Source: Octopus sinensis (Eukaryota). From it: a DNA stretch of 64,000 nucleotides. The notes under the pieces were generated by a model, which was given only the letters and a program-made list of their open reading frames with translations, had not been told where the DNA came from and made no database searches. The translations under genes and the position numbers were made by a program. The stretch covers positions 74,834,001 to 74,898,000 of the forward strand of contig NC_042998.1 in the NCBI RefSeq assembly GCF_006345805.1, given 5' to 3'. This document shows positions 1 to 14,371 of the stretch, piece after piece; the first letter of the stretch is position 1, and every line of letters begins with the position of its first letter.

Positions 1-611
1 AAAAACAAAATCCAAAATCAAGAGCAACTCGGAAATTTGGCCAATTTTGTTCCGTTGATTATTTTAGAAGATTGTTTATGTCAGAATTTTTCCTTCTGTA
101 TAGGAATTATCTGCAGAATTCTTTCATCGTTTTTCCTATATAAAAAAAAATGCTATAAAACAGTATATAAAAAAAAAAACAGAAAGAAACTTTTAGAGGC
201 AATATGAATACAAAAGATTTCGATTGTTTATCTTCAAATCGATAAATCCGTTGAGAAATAATCTTGCGAATAAAAAGAAAACAAGTGAATGACCGCCGTT
301 ATGAATACACAATGATATAAAAACCAATGGAGAGGAGAAGAGCAGCAATTTTCAGGAAACATATCATTTCGCTGTGAACAATATGCGTATAGACTAACAG
401 TTCAGAGGAGAAGAGAGTGCTTATATACATTTACTATCAGTGATAATCTATATATTTTTCGATATAATTATTTTTCTATCTATCCCAGTCTGACAGTCTG
501 CCTGCTCGCTAGTCAAGATTTATATTCACGTCTGTACATTCTGTACATTACGTTTCCTGTTAAATTATTAATATATCGATTTACCAAGCACAAAACGACT
601 TATATTACTTC

Positions 612-630
612 ATTACACACACACACACAC

Positions 631-688
<58 letters not shown>

Positions 689-693
689 CATGC
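612..693. repeat. Compound (CA)n(TA)n microsatellite
   Basis: Directly visible dinucleotide runs. Confidence 0.95.
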
Positions 694-867
694 ACATGAA
701 GGAGAGGGATGACAGTAACTCCGAAGTACCATTGCACTAGCCGTTGTCAGACAGTCGAATGAAGTCTAGTAAGGTGAAAATTTCGAAGTTATTCAACCTT
801 TTCATGTTAAATTAATAAATGTGGTACTCTACTATAACGCTCAAGTATTTTATATGTATATACATAC

Positions 868-898
<31 letters not shown>

Positions 899-959
899 AA
901 TATATATAAATATATATATATACATATATATATATACACACATGTACGTGCATGCGCAT

Positions 960-1714
960 TGTTTGTTTTTGATTTTATCGACTACACAGTATAGTAGGAT
1001 CAGTTGGGTACCGTCTGTGAGAAACAACAGCACCATGATGCACTTTGTCAGAAACTTGGAAACGACATGCTGTACTACTTGGCATTCGCGGCGGAAGCTC
1101 CAGTACGAGCATTTCAGAGTATTTGGGAGTCAATCCGAGGAGAGTGCAGAGGATTTGGAAAGAGTTGGATGAATCGAGTTGTGATTACGATGGTACGACA
1201 GCTCGGAAAACTCACTGTGATCGTTCTAGTAACCAAAGAACTCCTGAATATTTTGGTGAGATCCAGGCTATGATTGACAACGGTCCCTCCAAGTCAATCA
1301 GGTCCATCGCCAGGAACATAGAAGTGTCTGTTTCCTATCATACGAGGTGAGACATGGCCAAGTTTTATCCCAAGCCATCAAAGGCAAGAGGAAAGACCGC
1401 GCTAAGAAACTTTTGAACAAAGTTAAGCTTACCCTCCACCTGAACATGCTTTGGTTCTCCCAAGACCAGATGGTGAACACACAGAACAACCGTTGGCCAG
1501 CAGTGTCCGCAAAACATGTACCGATAGTGATAAAAATCAAACATCCAGTGAACATCATGGTGTTTGGAGTGATCACTAGTGATGACGACGTTATACTTCC
1601 ATTCATCTTCCCATATGGCCTCAGACTCAACACGGAGGCCTACATCAAGTACCTGGAGGAGGCAGTGCTGCTTCCTAGCAAGAGGGTGGCTGCCGGAAGA
1701 CCCTATGTCTTTGG
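960..1714 (+). mobile_element. Tc1/mariner-superfamily (maT/DD37D-like) transposase remnant, N-terminal HTH to just before second catalytic Asp; frameshifted, 3'-truncated
   Basis: ORF 1045-1350 (RHAVLLGIRGG...RRVQRIWKEL...PSKSIRSIAR, paired HTH) and ORF 1347-1745 (QDQMVNTQNNRW, KHPVNIMVFGVIT, GLRLNTEAYIKYLE, RVAAGRPYVF) match maT-type transposase motifs; homology ends at ~1714. No TIR recognised. Confidence 0.8.
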
Positions 1715-2134
1715 TGACATTTTTGCGATGTCTTTGCAGCTTTAACAATAAAGCATATTACCCTGCCTCCAGTATTCGAGTACTATTTTCCCCACCTTGT
1801 TTCACATTTATGTGCTTACTCTAGTATAGATAGATATACAAATAAATACATACACACATACATACATTCATGCATATATACACACATATACATACACAAA
1901 CATATGTAGGTACTAATTTAGTTTCCCATATAACTATACTATAAGCTTCCTTTTATATCTTCAGACTTCTCCTAGTTGCCTGGCTCAGGAATTTCATTAA
2001 TTTTGAGAATGTTATAAATATATTTTTGTAGACATTAATTTATTTAAAATCCAATTATTCTTTTCCATAAAAGTCTAAAGCTTACATGACAATGGACTTT
2101 GAGAAGGCGGGGACTATAAATAAATGGATATATA

Positions 2135-2137
<3 letters not shown>

Positions 2138-2202
<65 letters not shown>

Positions 2203-2258
2203 GTACGTGTGTGTGTGTGTGCACGCGCGTGTGTGTGTATGTATATATATATATATAT

Positions 2259-2308
<50 letters not shown>
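2138..2308. repeat. (TA)n/(TG)n compound microsatellite
   Basis: Visible dinucleotide runs. Confidence 0.95.
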
Positions 2309-2311
<3 letters not shown>

Positions 2312-4084
2312 CATACATACATACATATGGATTTACATATACAAACATCACACACACGCATATGTATGCCAATAATTTTGTTGTCTAAACAGAAGTATTG
2401 ATTAGATTCTGTTTCCTAATTACTACACCCAGAAATAATTCAATAATTTACTCTGTATTTGAACAGAATTGCAAAATCAGAATTACGACAAACATAATAC
2501 AAAATGATGATGGACAATGCCTCACCAGTTCGCAGTTATTTAGTGACATATAACATAAGATATTAATATGTATTGCTGTTTCACTGTCTGCAAGCGGAGA
2601 GAATAGAGGGAAGTTAAGACGTTCTTAATATTGAATATTATAAGCATACTAATTAGTTTGATTTTGGTGGTTGCTAAGTATTATATATGATCTTATACAA
2701 TAAATGTGAGACCAATCAGGTGGTAAAGATCTCAGCATTCCTTTTGATATAGATTCTTCAATACAGGATTATTAATTTATACACTTTGTATCATTTCTAA
2801 TTTAGTCTCTGATATTTGTTAATGAAATATTTTATGCATATGTAACTTTGAGACAGACAGTTAAAGGAGATGAGAAGAAATATGGAAGACGAAAATAAAA
2901 GAAAAAGAGGATGAATGTGAACGTCTGTATCTGAATGTGTCTGTGAGTGAATGTTTATGATTAAGCATATGGGTATGTATGCGAATATTAAAGAGCTCTA
3001 ATGGTTCGTGTATAATACACATTCTCTTTACAAACGGTGATTTCGTTGTTGATATCATGTTATCAGGATTTTAATTAAAAGCTCATTAACAATTCAGAAG
3101 CCAAATGCCAATATATTGTATCATTCAGAAGATATTAGTTGCATTCTTAGCCAAGGTATAATCTGTTCAATATTGTCTCGTCTACTTTACCTCCATTATT
3201 ATACAAGAATATGAATGAAATTTATTATCAACATTAGAGAACAGATAGTAGTAATGTGACTAAATAACTGGGACATTGATTAGTTCATTCAAACTCACAT
3301 CAGAACGGCAAATAAATATAGTAGCAGACTGTATTTTATGTATAAGTATAACGACCTAGATTCCTAGCTTAGTTAATCCGCCATTCACGTTATTTTTTTT
3401 CTGCCAGAAATACTTCCCAGAACCAGTTTATAAATGGCAACTACATTTATAAAATAGCTTCTTTTGAAAATTTCATTAATGACCAGAAATCGAACATAAA
3501 TACATAAAGGAAAGAAATATTTATGAACGGAAATATTTTCGAAGAGGTATATCCTTTTATATCTATATGAACGAAATGTAAAATATAAAAGGTAGCATAG
3601 TCGAAAGATTAGGAAACTGTTTGAGAAAAAATTACATTGTTCCCTCTTTATGGGGTTTCAGAATTTTGAATTAAATTCTGATTTTTCAGATCATTAACCA
3701 ATTTTAAAGATGAAAGAATTTTTAATAATTATTGTTAGTTGACGTTTTGGTTTGTTTGTACATCGATCGCTGTTAGAAACTATTTGATCTAAACTAAATA
3801 TAAGAAGGGGACCTTATCTACCAAGCTACTAGCCCACTAACCCCGCAAACCACTGACTGAGTAACTACCATTAGATTGTAGCATTAATCCATTCCAATAA
3901 ACCACTTATTTTTACCTCAACCATCGCCCCACTTACCAAATCACTATCACATTTATGTACTACAACACTGTCCTTCATGTCTACAAACTACTGTACTACT
4001 TACGCATCAGCCTCATAATTCCATGGGATCATAAGACCATTCTCTCATGTTCACACTAGTTCATTCACCACTAAACATCTGCCT

Positions 4085-4251
4085 CACTTATTCACAAGGC
4101 CAATGTCCACTTATCCACCAAGTCATGCTCCCACTTATCCACTGGGTCACTGCCTTTTTTATCTACTTGGCCACTTCTATACTTACCCATTTAGCTATTG
4201 TACCACTCATCAACCAGACCATTCCTGCACTTATCGACCAGGTCACTGCAA
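4085..4251 (+). repeat. Degenerate 24-bp minisatellite (about 7 units, anchor CACTTAT)
   Basis: Anchor or variant at 4085, 4108, 4132, 4156, 4180, 4204, 4228: exact 24-bp period after the first unit. Confidence 0.75.
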
Positions 4252-5553
4252 TTTTCCCGTCACAACACAAAGTATTGGAGAAAGAAAAGATAGCAGTTTC
4301 AATTCATTGCCAAGTCGGAAGTCATCTAACAGAAGAATATGCAAAATACTTAGACGAAATTAAATTTGGAATAAGAATTTTTCCAATCTTCAAAAATTTT
4401 TGTTTATCTTATTTCATTTTCGAAAATATAAATTAAATGAAACTTTTCAGAATCGACAATGTCTTTGACCTGAGGTATATGATTACTTCTATAAAATCTC
4501 GAACTCAAGAGTATTTCTAGTTAATGAATGTTAGAAAGTTCTACAGTTTTCATTGTTTTGGATTTAGTACGAATCAAATATAACACTGAAACTTTAAAAT
4601 AGTTTTCCAGCTGTTATGCATTAATATTAAGCTTTATTTAGATATAGGTGACATATAAATGTAACAAAGGGAAAAGTCGCAGTTGGCGGTATTCAACAAG
4701 TTGGGTAACAGAAAAGGATTAAACGAAAGAAACACGGATATTCACCAATACATTTTAGACCTAGAAAACGGTATGTATTACAACCCAATTCACGTAGGGC
4801 TGCCAACGCAAGAAGATATTTCATATTTATGTTTTAAATCCGATGAATTTCTACTGGATAATGATGACGGTATGGTTTGCAATTTTCAAGTAGTCAGTAA
4901 AGACGTGTCTTTAAAAGGCTCATTCCTAATGTACTCTATCATGAATGAGTCGCAAATATATAGAATGGGGAACGTATTTGAAATATCTTTGACAAATTTG
5001 AATTTGAGAATAATAATTTTCAAATATGCCATTTTATATCGCTGATATATCGCTATTAGATTCATGATTTAGCATTATAGAATTTGGGGGGGGGATGATT
5101 TTAGGCATATACTTTTATATTTTATCATTGTAAAATTGTGTTTCGAATTTGTACGTGATTTTGGAACAATGGTCACATCACGAGTACATTAAATTTACTC
5201 GACATGAGTTAATAACCGATTGACATAATTTGAAATTTAGCTATAATACGAAATTTCGTATTATTTATCTTCTATCAATATATTTAGTTTCTGTAAAATA
5301 TAAGTTATGCTTTCTTAGCAACAAGAATCTAAGGCATTAAGAATCCTATAATATTACATTCAACGTGGGAATACGGAGAAGTGAAACCATATGCTATTTC
5401 ATAGGCCATTATATTATTTCATAGCTGTGGTATACATAGCAGTTGGTCACTACACGCTTCCAAGGTTTATCGGTGACAGATTTGCTTTTACAGATTAACA
5501 CACGCGTAAAAATTCAGAGAGAAATACACGATACTACATACATATTATACATT

Positions 5554-5733
<180 letters not shown>

Positions 5734-7000
5734 CTATTGCAATCCATAATTTGTCAATAACTAAAGGGTATTTGATAACAACGCCTACAATGCCAAAAGA
5801 AAGAAAAGAAAGCTGGAATTAATAACATTTTAGCTGATATAGAAACAGAATTTGGTCAAAAGATGTGTTCTTATTCAACTGGAAAATCAGTTACCCAAAC
5901 ACAAGATGAGTACGTCAGCGGTTTATTTCACTCAAAGATTGCCATAAATATCAAAACATTGCTGAAAACTTACACATGAAGTTGCTATGAATAAAAATTG
6001 ATGACTTGAAAATATTACATCAGACTTAGAAAAATATGGCATTCGGAGTTCTCATCTAAAAAGAAGACAATATCCCAAAATGTATTTGCAATACCAGTAT
6101 CAATACTAACATTCGGTAATTACTGCTTAGTCTGCAAAGTTGAGACTTTGGAAGACTTACCCGATGTATAAGTATTTCCGGTGCTGAAGTATGTCTCGAA
6201 ACAACCTTTATTCTTTCTCCAGAGCGTGAGGCGTGATGGTAATGCTCGTTGTGAAATTTGAATCCATACAAAAAGTTTAAAGTCAGAATACAACGAAGCG
6301 CAGTATGAGTTATTGCCTCACACAAAGAATTCTGGCAAGCCACTATTCTGTACTAGTGTTGTATACATTGAACATGAAAGGATGAACTCAAAGTTGACAT
6401 CGACAGAACTTGAACACAGAGTGTAAAGCGTGTGAACCAGACCTTCTATCCGACGCTTAACGGTTCTACGTATATGCCAGTATGTATAGTAAACATTTCT
6501 TTTCTTTCAATGTCAGACTTGTGTACATGAATTTTATGAATTCAACATTAATTCATTGAAAAATAAAAAAAAAAAAATAAAGTGAAATGGCGTCGTTCAG
6601 TCCAGCTCCACTGCAGCTCTTTAATATCCTCCATTTGAGAGGCAACGGCAATAAAAACTCGTTTATAAAAGACAAGACTGGAAAATTTTAAATACGTTAA
6701 ATCAGTCGGATTAAATCATCGAAGTATGTTAATTATTTAATGAATACGTGAAATTAATGGTTTCTTAATTTGCTCATTGCTCGTTGATATTGTAAATGTT
6801 TTTAGATCTAGATTCTGGTTTCTCAGATATGGAAGAAATAAAACATAACGTACTCGACAACTCCCCTCACATCAATATATGTAGCTTCATGCATCAGCGA
6901 ATGTAATATATCATCATAATCGTCGGCGTCATCATCATCATTACTATCGTTCACATCGTCCTGAGCGTTATCGACTTTGCAGACAGCACTGTTTTTCATG

Positions 7001-7004
<4 letters not shown>

Positions 7005-7063
<59 letters not shown>
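7005..7063. repeat. (TTA)n microsatellite
   Basis: Visible. Confidence 0.95.
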
Positions 7064-7066
<3 letters not shown>

Positions 7067-7086
7067 CGCTTCTTCTATAGGTGCAA

Positions 7087-7227
7087 TCCCGGTACTCAAC
7101 TGACACTTAATTCATCGACCCCAAAATGATGAAAGGCAAAGTAGACCTCGGCGGAACATGAACTCAGAACGTAAAGACGAACGAAATATCACTAAGCATT
7201 TTGTCCGGCGTGCTAACGATTCTGTCA
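7087..7227 (-). mobile_element. tRNA-derived SINE, family B, partial
   Basis: Minus strand reads TGACAGAATCGTTAGCACG (A-box-like)...GAGTTCATGTTCC (B-box-like)...CTTTGCCTTTCATCATTTTGGGGTCGATGAATTAAGTG; homologous to 38492-38690 and 51330-51510. Confidence 0.8.
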
Positions 7228-7640
7228 ATAAGTTTCTCGAAATCAGTATTGCGCTCAGTTTAATTATTCTTCCTATCGAAACACAACTGATGGTCTGTGA
7301 CGAGGTGCATCTTGTGCTTTCTGTATAAAAGATTTTAGAACTGTTCTTATAATGTATTAAGTACTTTTGCCGAAGCCAGAACACATATCTTCTCTACTGT
7401 GCCTACTTCCAGGTTAGAACCTAGTTTTCAAGGTTTGTTCTCAAAATTTTGGCCATTGTTCTCAAGGCTCTAATAATAATCGATAGTACGACAGTATCAT
7501 AACCGCGTTAACGCCGTTTCAGCAATTGAAGATTTTCATACTTACATCTGGTGCATACTCATTTTTTTCTTTCCTTGTTACTTTATGCACTGGTATCAAA
7601 TGTACATGTCATACAGATTACGATATATATATATATATAA

Positions 7641-10385
7641 CTTATCACTTTCTGATGTGCTGTCTATTCTGTATTTCATGTAGTTTGTTCTTAGCGCTTG
7701 CTCTTGGGCAGCACACGTTAGAGCCTCTGTTTCCCGTTTTAAATCACTTTTAGTCATCTACAGCCATATTTTTTCTCTGTATGTCTTATCTTCAATATCT
7801 CTATGAAATTGACCATGCATTCTTTTAGTTACCCATCTAATTTCACTTTTATTCGTTTCCAATTGTTTGTATAGTGCTTTATCTTTGCAATCTTTCATCC
7901 TACACAAGCCTGACCTTCTTACGTCTAACAATAGCAGTTCTGTGGCATTTTTTACATACTATGCTAGGTTGTTTTCTTTTGATCTAATGCTGTGTTCGCA
8001 TCCGATAAGTCTTCTTCCCCCTACTGCAATTACCCCCGCTCCATATCTAAGGAGTGAAACCGTCCAAGTATTGATAGCTTCGATCGTATTCCGTCCGTTG
8101 AATTTCGACTTAAGGATCAGTCTCAGTCTGCGCAAGTACTCCACCTTAAATTTTTCTGTCATTTCTTTCTCCATCAATTTATCCATTTCCAAAATCCCCA
8201 AGTATTTATAGCCCATCTCTTCTTTCTGCTTCATAAACTCCCCCGACGGTATCGTTACCCCGTCCATACATTTGATTTTGCCTCTCTTCAAGACTAACAC
8301 ATCACACTTTCTCAGTCCGAACTCCATTCTGATATCAGCAATGAAGCTACACACCGTATGAACGAGGGAAATGATTAGCTTTATCTTTACCATAAAGTTT
8401 GAGCTCATCCATGAATAACAAATGGTTGACTTTTTGTTGGCGGCTTTTGAATACATACCCAGCTTTTACTTTTCTCAGAATCAGTGTTACTTGTACCAAG
8501 CACAGTACAAAGATCAGTGGAGACAGGCAGTTCTCTTGGAAGATGCACCTCCTAATTTCTACTGTCCCTGAACTTCTTCCGTATGCTATCAGATCCGTCC
8601 TCCAATTCGCCATATTTTTCCAAGCAATCGCTCAACTTTGGATGCAATACCAAATAGGTTCACACACTTCATTATCCAGGAGTATGGGATTATATCGTTA
8701 CGCCTTAAGATAGTCGATCCATGACATGGCTAAGTTACTTTTCCTCCTCTTGTAGTCTCTGAGTATAATTTTGTGTATCAGGAGTTGATCCTTGGTACCT
8801 CTGCACTTACGTTTGCAACCCTTCTGTTCATGTGGCAGGACTCCATTTTTTCCAGATGTTCTTACATTGACTCTGCGAGTATTCCAGTCAATAACTTCCA
8901 CATAAGTGGCAAACAGGATATCGGCCTGTAATTGTCTACCGTATTACCTTTTTCGATGTTTTTCAGGCACAGCACTGTCCTACCCAATGTCAGCCACTCT
9001 GGTGTTACTTGGTCGGCATTTAACAAGGTGCAGAGTTGCGCAGCTATTCGTATATGACATTCATCACATCTTTTGATCCAGTAGCCTTGAAATCCATCTG
9101 GTCACTGGGCCTCCCAGTTGCTCATTTTCTGCTGATTTCCTTCACTTCCCTAACTGAATTACTAGTTCTGCCTGTTTTGGACAGACTACATTTTGTTTCA
9201 GTCCTTGCAACCATTCAGCATCCTTCTTGTCTCCTTGTCTTTGCTCCGGATGTCACTCTAAAACCTTTGACTTTCAATGTTATCTGATTTCAACTTTTCA
9301 TCAGTACACCCTTCATTTATTTCTGTATAGAATATCTATTCTGATCTACTCTGAATAACCTATTCTGGTGGTAACCCTTCATTCTTTGGTCATATCTTAC
9401 CATCTTTGCTTTCTTTGCGCTGTTTCATTTCCTCCATTACTACTTTCAGGCCCTTTCTTTCAATATTATACATACTTTTCAGCGCCCTGTATTTTTGTTC
9501 GCTTTTAAGATCCCCTTTCTCTTTTCTGTCCAAAAGAGAGCATGTTTAACCCTGAGATTATGTCTAACCCTGCTTGGATTCTTTTCTTTTGTCACTCCCA
9601 TTATATTTCTTTTTCTTGACATCAACACCCACATTTTCTCCTACAACAATACTTGCTGCCATGATCAAATTATTTGTGTTTGTGATGTTTGTTCTGATGA
9701 ATCTCAGAATTTCATTGACATTTTTCGTTTATTAGTTCAGTTTCCATCGATCAATCTTTTTCAGTTTGCAAATGATGTTGCTATCGTTCTCCCGTATTCT
9801 TACCTTTATTCTGTTGTAGATTGCCTTTTGTTCATCTGTCATGTCGCTATTAGTTTTATTGTCTTCTTTTAAATTATCTATATGTCTCTCATCAAGTAAA
9901 CTACCACTGCTCCTTTCCTGTGCTAGGAGATTACTCATATTAGTAAGAACTGTATTTTCATTCTTATATATGCTGCTATTTTCCATGACCCGTTTTTTGA
10001 TAGCTTGAAGCTCTACTTCTGTGAACCAACGATTTTTTCTTATTGCTCTAGCTTGATTACATAGTCTCTGTTCCGTGAGTTGAAACAATCGTTTTCTTTC
10101 AGTTGTTGGTAACCCCTAATTTGAGCACCATTTTCATCTACCGTGCTGCTCAAGTAGTAACATTCCATGACAACAGCAGTAATTTGCTTGCTCCATCTAC
10201 GCCGTGTAGGGTGGTCCCTTTCTGGATACCGATAGGCTGGAGCCGGACCAAAATCTCTGAGACTACTGGGTGTAACACTGTCACCATCATTGGCTTCAGT
10301 TTCATTATCACCGTTATTCACAATATTTTGTTTTTTCATTGTCACTCATATGAGGTAGCGATTATCAGGTTGCACAATTACCAAT
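7641..10385 (-). mobile_element. R4/Dong-like non-LTR retrotransposon (R2-group), decayed; N-terminus + RT, 3' endonuclease end missing
   Basis: Fragments: RRRWSKQITAVVMECYYLS, EQRLCNQARAIRKNRWFTEVEL (N-term); [72 protein letters not shown] (RT). Many stops and frameshifts. Confidence 0.85.
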
Positions 10386-10699
10386 ATTTTTATTGTGATA
10401 GCATTACTAGATGCATCATTAATGAGTACATGAGGAGGTTCCACCCTTTTCCTTTCATTGTTATTATTATCATCACTGATATTATTGTTTTTGTGTGTTG
10501 TAGCAGCAGTGGTTGCAGCAACAGCAACATTAGTAGGGGTGGTTCTAGTGGTAAGCATGGTCGTTGGGCATCAGATTCCTGTGCTATCATAATATTAGTT
10601 ATAGTGCTATCATAATAGTATTATTGTAATATTAGTAGTATTTAGTATTAGCAGCTGCAGCATATTACTATTTATTTTTATTTTTATCATTATCACCAT

Positions 10700-10956
10700 A
10701 ACAACTACCCCAAAAATATACTGCCCACTCCAATTATGAAGAAAACAGAAGATGAACTCAATAAACTGTCCACAGTCTGTCTACTCTATGTGAAAGGACT
10801 CTCCGAGAAGATGCAAGAGATATGCAGCCCATATGACATCAGGACAGTATTCAAGTGTAATACAACATTTCGCTAATATCTCCTGCGAGTAAAACCACCA
10901 ATAGAAGAGGATGTGACCAAAAACTGCGTGTACTCCATCCCATGTAGCTTTTGTAG

Positions 10957-10957
<1 letters not shown>
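10700..10957 (+). mobile_element. Penelope-like element fragment (RT thumb/linker into GIY-YIG start)
   Basis: Hand translation: NNYPKNILPTPIMKKTEDELNKLSTVCLLYVKGLSEKMQEICSPYDIRTVFKCNTTFR*YLLRVKPPIEEDVTKNCVYSIPCSFCR; LxYVKGLSE and VYSIPC are PLE motifs. Not in the ORF track. Confidence 0.75.
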
Positions 10958-10991
<34 letters not shown>

Positions 10992-11015
10992 CATTATTAT
11001 TATTACTATCATTAT

Positions 11016-11056
<41 letters not shown>

Positions 11057-11057
11057 T
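10958..11057. repeat. (TTA)n-(CTA)n microsatellite
   Basis: Visible. Confidence 0.95.
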
Positions 11058-14000
11058 TTTGATAATAGGACGTTTCCTATAATTCTTCCATATCGTGAAT
11101 TTATTCCTGTAATAATTAAATTGTTTGTAGTAAGTTTTGTTTATTTGTGAGAAATAAAGACTCGATTTGTGAAATCGTTCTTTTCTGCCACTCGTAAAAA
11201 CTAAAATAGCTACAGCGTTAAGTCCCACCATCCCCAAAAAGCTGAACGTAAACAAATACGATTTTTTAGACAGTAAACAGAAGAAAGAAAACAACTTTAA
11301 TACCTCAGTGGAAGCATATATTTCATGTAGCTAAATATATAACCATTTCTGACAGAAAATGACATGAAAACAGAAGCCAACAAAAGCAGCAATAACACAC
11401 ACTCACAGACTCGTACACACCGTTCGCCAAACGAATGGAAGAATTCAGAGTTCGAATTTAGTTGTCTTTGTTTCTAGGAAGCTTTCTGAAACTACTAATA
11501 GACTCTGTTACTTCTGAAACTACTAACAGATAAATATTATCTAGCAGAGAAAAATACTTCCATGACTGGGATGTCTGATAAATGAAGGTAAATTAATACT
11601 TCAGTCATCCAACAGCAAAACAAAACACACATGTACACCCATTAAAACACGAAGATAACTTACTTCTGCATGTAGCCTTCATGCCAAATAAGTAACATAA
11701 TTTTAGTGGTATTTTATAGGAAAATTATTGTATACTGTATGTAGAAGTTGGGGGTTGATTCAATCCCATTTTCTCTCACTTCAAAGAATATCTGAAAGAC
11801 TTGAAATTATAAATCGTCATCATAATGGCACAATAAGAAAAAAAAAACTATCATTTGAAGTTTGCTTACATATTTTATGCTTTGAAAGCCATACCATATT
11901 TTGATGTGATTTTAATTATATTCCAAGGAATATGAAAAACGTATCAGTAATATATTAATGTTAATTCAATCAATCTCTCTCTTTTAACTTACTGTGTAGC
12001 GGTGTTACGCACTTATAAAGTCAAATATTTAGTGTCCCCACGGTTTCTCTTATTGTGTTTATAAGATTCTTCATCTACCAGATTTAATCTCAAGCCATAA
12101 CTTAACGTTATTAATTTTTTGTATGGCAGTGAAATTACTATTATAGATGTAAATAATCAGTTTGTCATCAACCAATAACTTTTCTTAGAGTAGGTTTTAA
12201 TCTTTGTAAATATCATATTTTTTACTGGTTGACACTATTCATAGTTCTCCAAGCAACATTTATGCGACTATGATTGTCTAACGTATTATTTATCTCTAGT
12301 AATCATATGTGGCTTTAACCAAAATATTGCAAACATTTTAATACAATCGTCATCACTCCCATTAAACATAATTTTACTATGTTTTGGACAGAAATTTACA
12401 CAATGCATGGCAGTCATTCATCCACTTGCAAATGATGTCATATTTCCAATTGATTAGAAGTAGATGCTGCTTTAGTTTTTTGTTTATTTATTTAATATCT
12501 CTCGCCAATCAGTCTACGTGGTATCGTTCAGTATGCGACTCATCACTCAAGGTCAGCATTCATATCAAGATTATGTCCAAGAAGTCTTGACTGCCTGTCA
12601 CAATTGGACATCATATTGGTGACGCGAAGACGTAAAGATAATATGTAATTAAGTGAGATATCTTAATACATTGTTTACGGTGTACTTGATAAATTACATA
12701 TGCATAAATCTGAATATTACCAAATCTGTAATATGTGATAAATAGTCTCATAGATAAATATTTTGTTTGCTGCTAGAGCAGTAAATCATGGAACTACATA
12801 CTTTGTCACATACAACAACTGAGGAAGAATTTAGATTTATTACTGAAAATCTTTAACGCTTACTTTTAATATGGGACAGATATATTGCAGACATAAAACT
12901 ATAGTCTACAATTACGACTGAATATATTTTGGTAATAAATTAGTCAACATGTGAATTGAAAGAACCATTAGATCGTCGCATGTAATATGCTATGAATACG
13001 CTTTAGTTATTTGCTCTTTACGTTCAAATCATGTCACAGAGACATCTTGTATAATTCATACATAAAATTCGAGTATCTCTCTTTGTTTCGATTTTGTGTT
13101 TGAACTGTACCTATAATTCAGGATTGTTATATAACTGATTCGGTTTGCGAATGTCGTGAAAAATATGTTGTCTGAGGAATATTGAACCAGTTACACATGA
13201 ATTTCAATAAGTACGAATGCATTTGATCGAACACAATTGTAACTAACAAAGAATTCAACGCTTTCTATGAGGATTTAGAGCAAAGTACTTACACTCCATA
13301 AACTTATCAAAATCAAAAGCAACTAGCATTTCAACTAACACTTCAAATAATTAGTTCTAATAGCAATATTATGTTATGAATTATTTTAAAATATTACATG
13401 AGACCACCATTTTCCTGGTTATTGTCAATTAATGAATAATGTGCAGTTGCTTCAGGTATGCATTTTGTTTTATTCAATCGATAATCTTGTTCTCTTGCAC
13501 AAGGAATGAATATTATTTCAAGTTATTAAAACCCCGTGAAATCCATCGCAAAGTCACTTCATCTATAAATAAATTAATTTTCTAACAGATATGCACTGTT
13601 CTGTTATTTTCTCCTTTTCAATGACTGTAGCATTCAAACGACATTAAATATTATAAGCATTCGTATCATTAGGTAAAAAAAAATGCAACAAATTCACTGA
13701 TGAATACTATTCATGAATGGAATAGTTTGCTGGTTGAGAGCTTAGCGCTAGCAAATATGTTACTCTTCTATCGCTGAGTGAATGAGGAATTATAAAGTAG
13801 ATAAAATAGCAGGCTTTAAATAAGAGAAAATAAAACAAACATAGAAAAATATGTATCTGACTTGAGAAGAGAGAATTAGAAGAGATGTATAGTGCAGTTG
13901 TTAATATGATCGCCTATATGGGTGCGAGAATGTGCGCGCGCTGTGTGTACGTTTGTGTGGTGAGTGCGCACGCGGACGTGTGCAGATATCGTGTTCTATA

Positions 14001-14113
14001 ACAAAGTATTGAGAGGACTCAAATTTTGATGAATTGTCAAATATTTGCCTACGGTCTGTTTTTTATGCGAAACCAGTAATAGCCTGCATACGAAAAATTG
14101 TTAAGCCCATAAA

Positions 14114-14191
14114 TCTCTCTCCCCCTCTCTCTTTCCTTCTCTCTCTTTCCCTCTCTCTCTTTCCCTCTCTCCCCTCTCTCTCTCTCTCTAC

Positions 14192-14273
<82 letters not shown>

Positions 14274-14274
14274 G

Positions 14275-14370
<96 letters not shown>
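14114..14370. repeat. (CT)n-(TA)n-(GATA)n compound microsatellite
   Basis: Visible. Confidence 0.95.

Positions 14371-14371
<1 letters not shown>

Noticed and set aside
12505-12650. Possible host exon with open frames
   Set aside because: No recognisable domain, weak splice signals and no partner exons.
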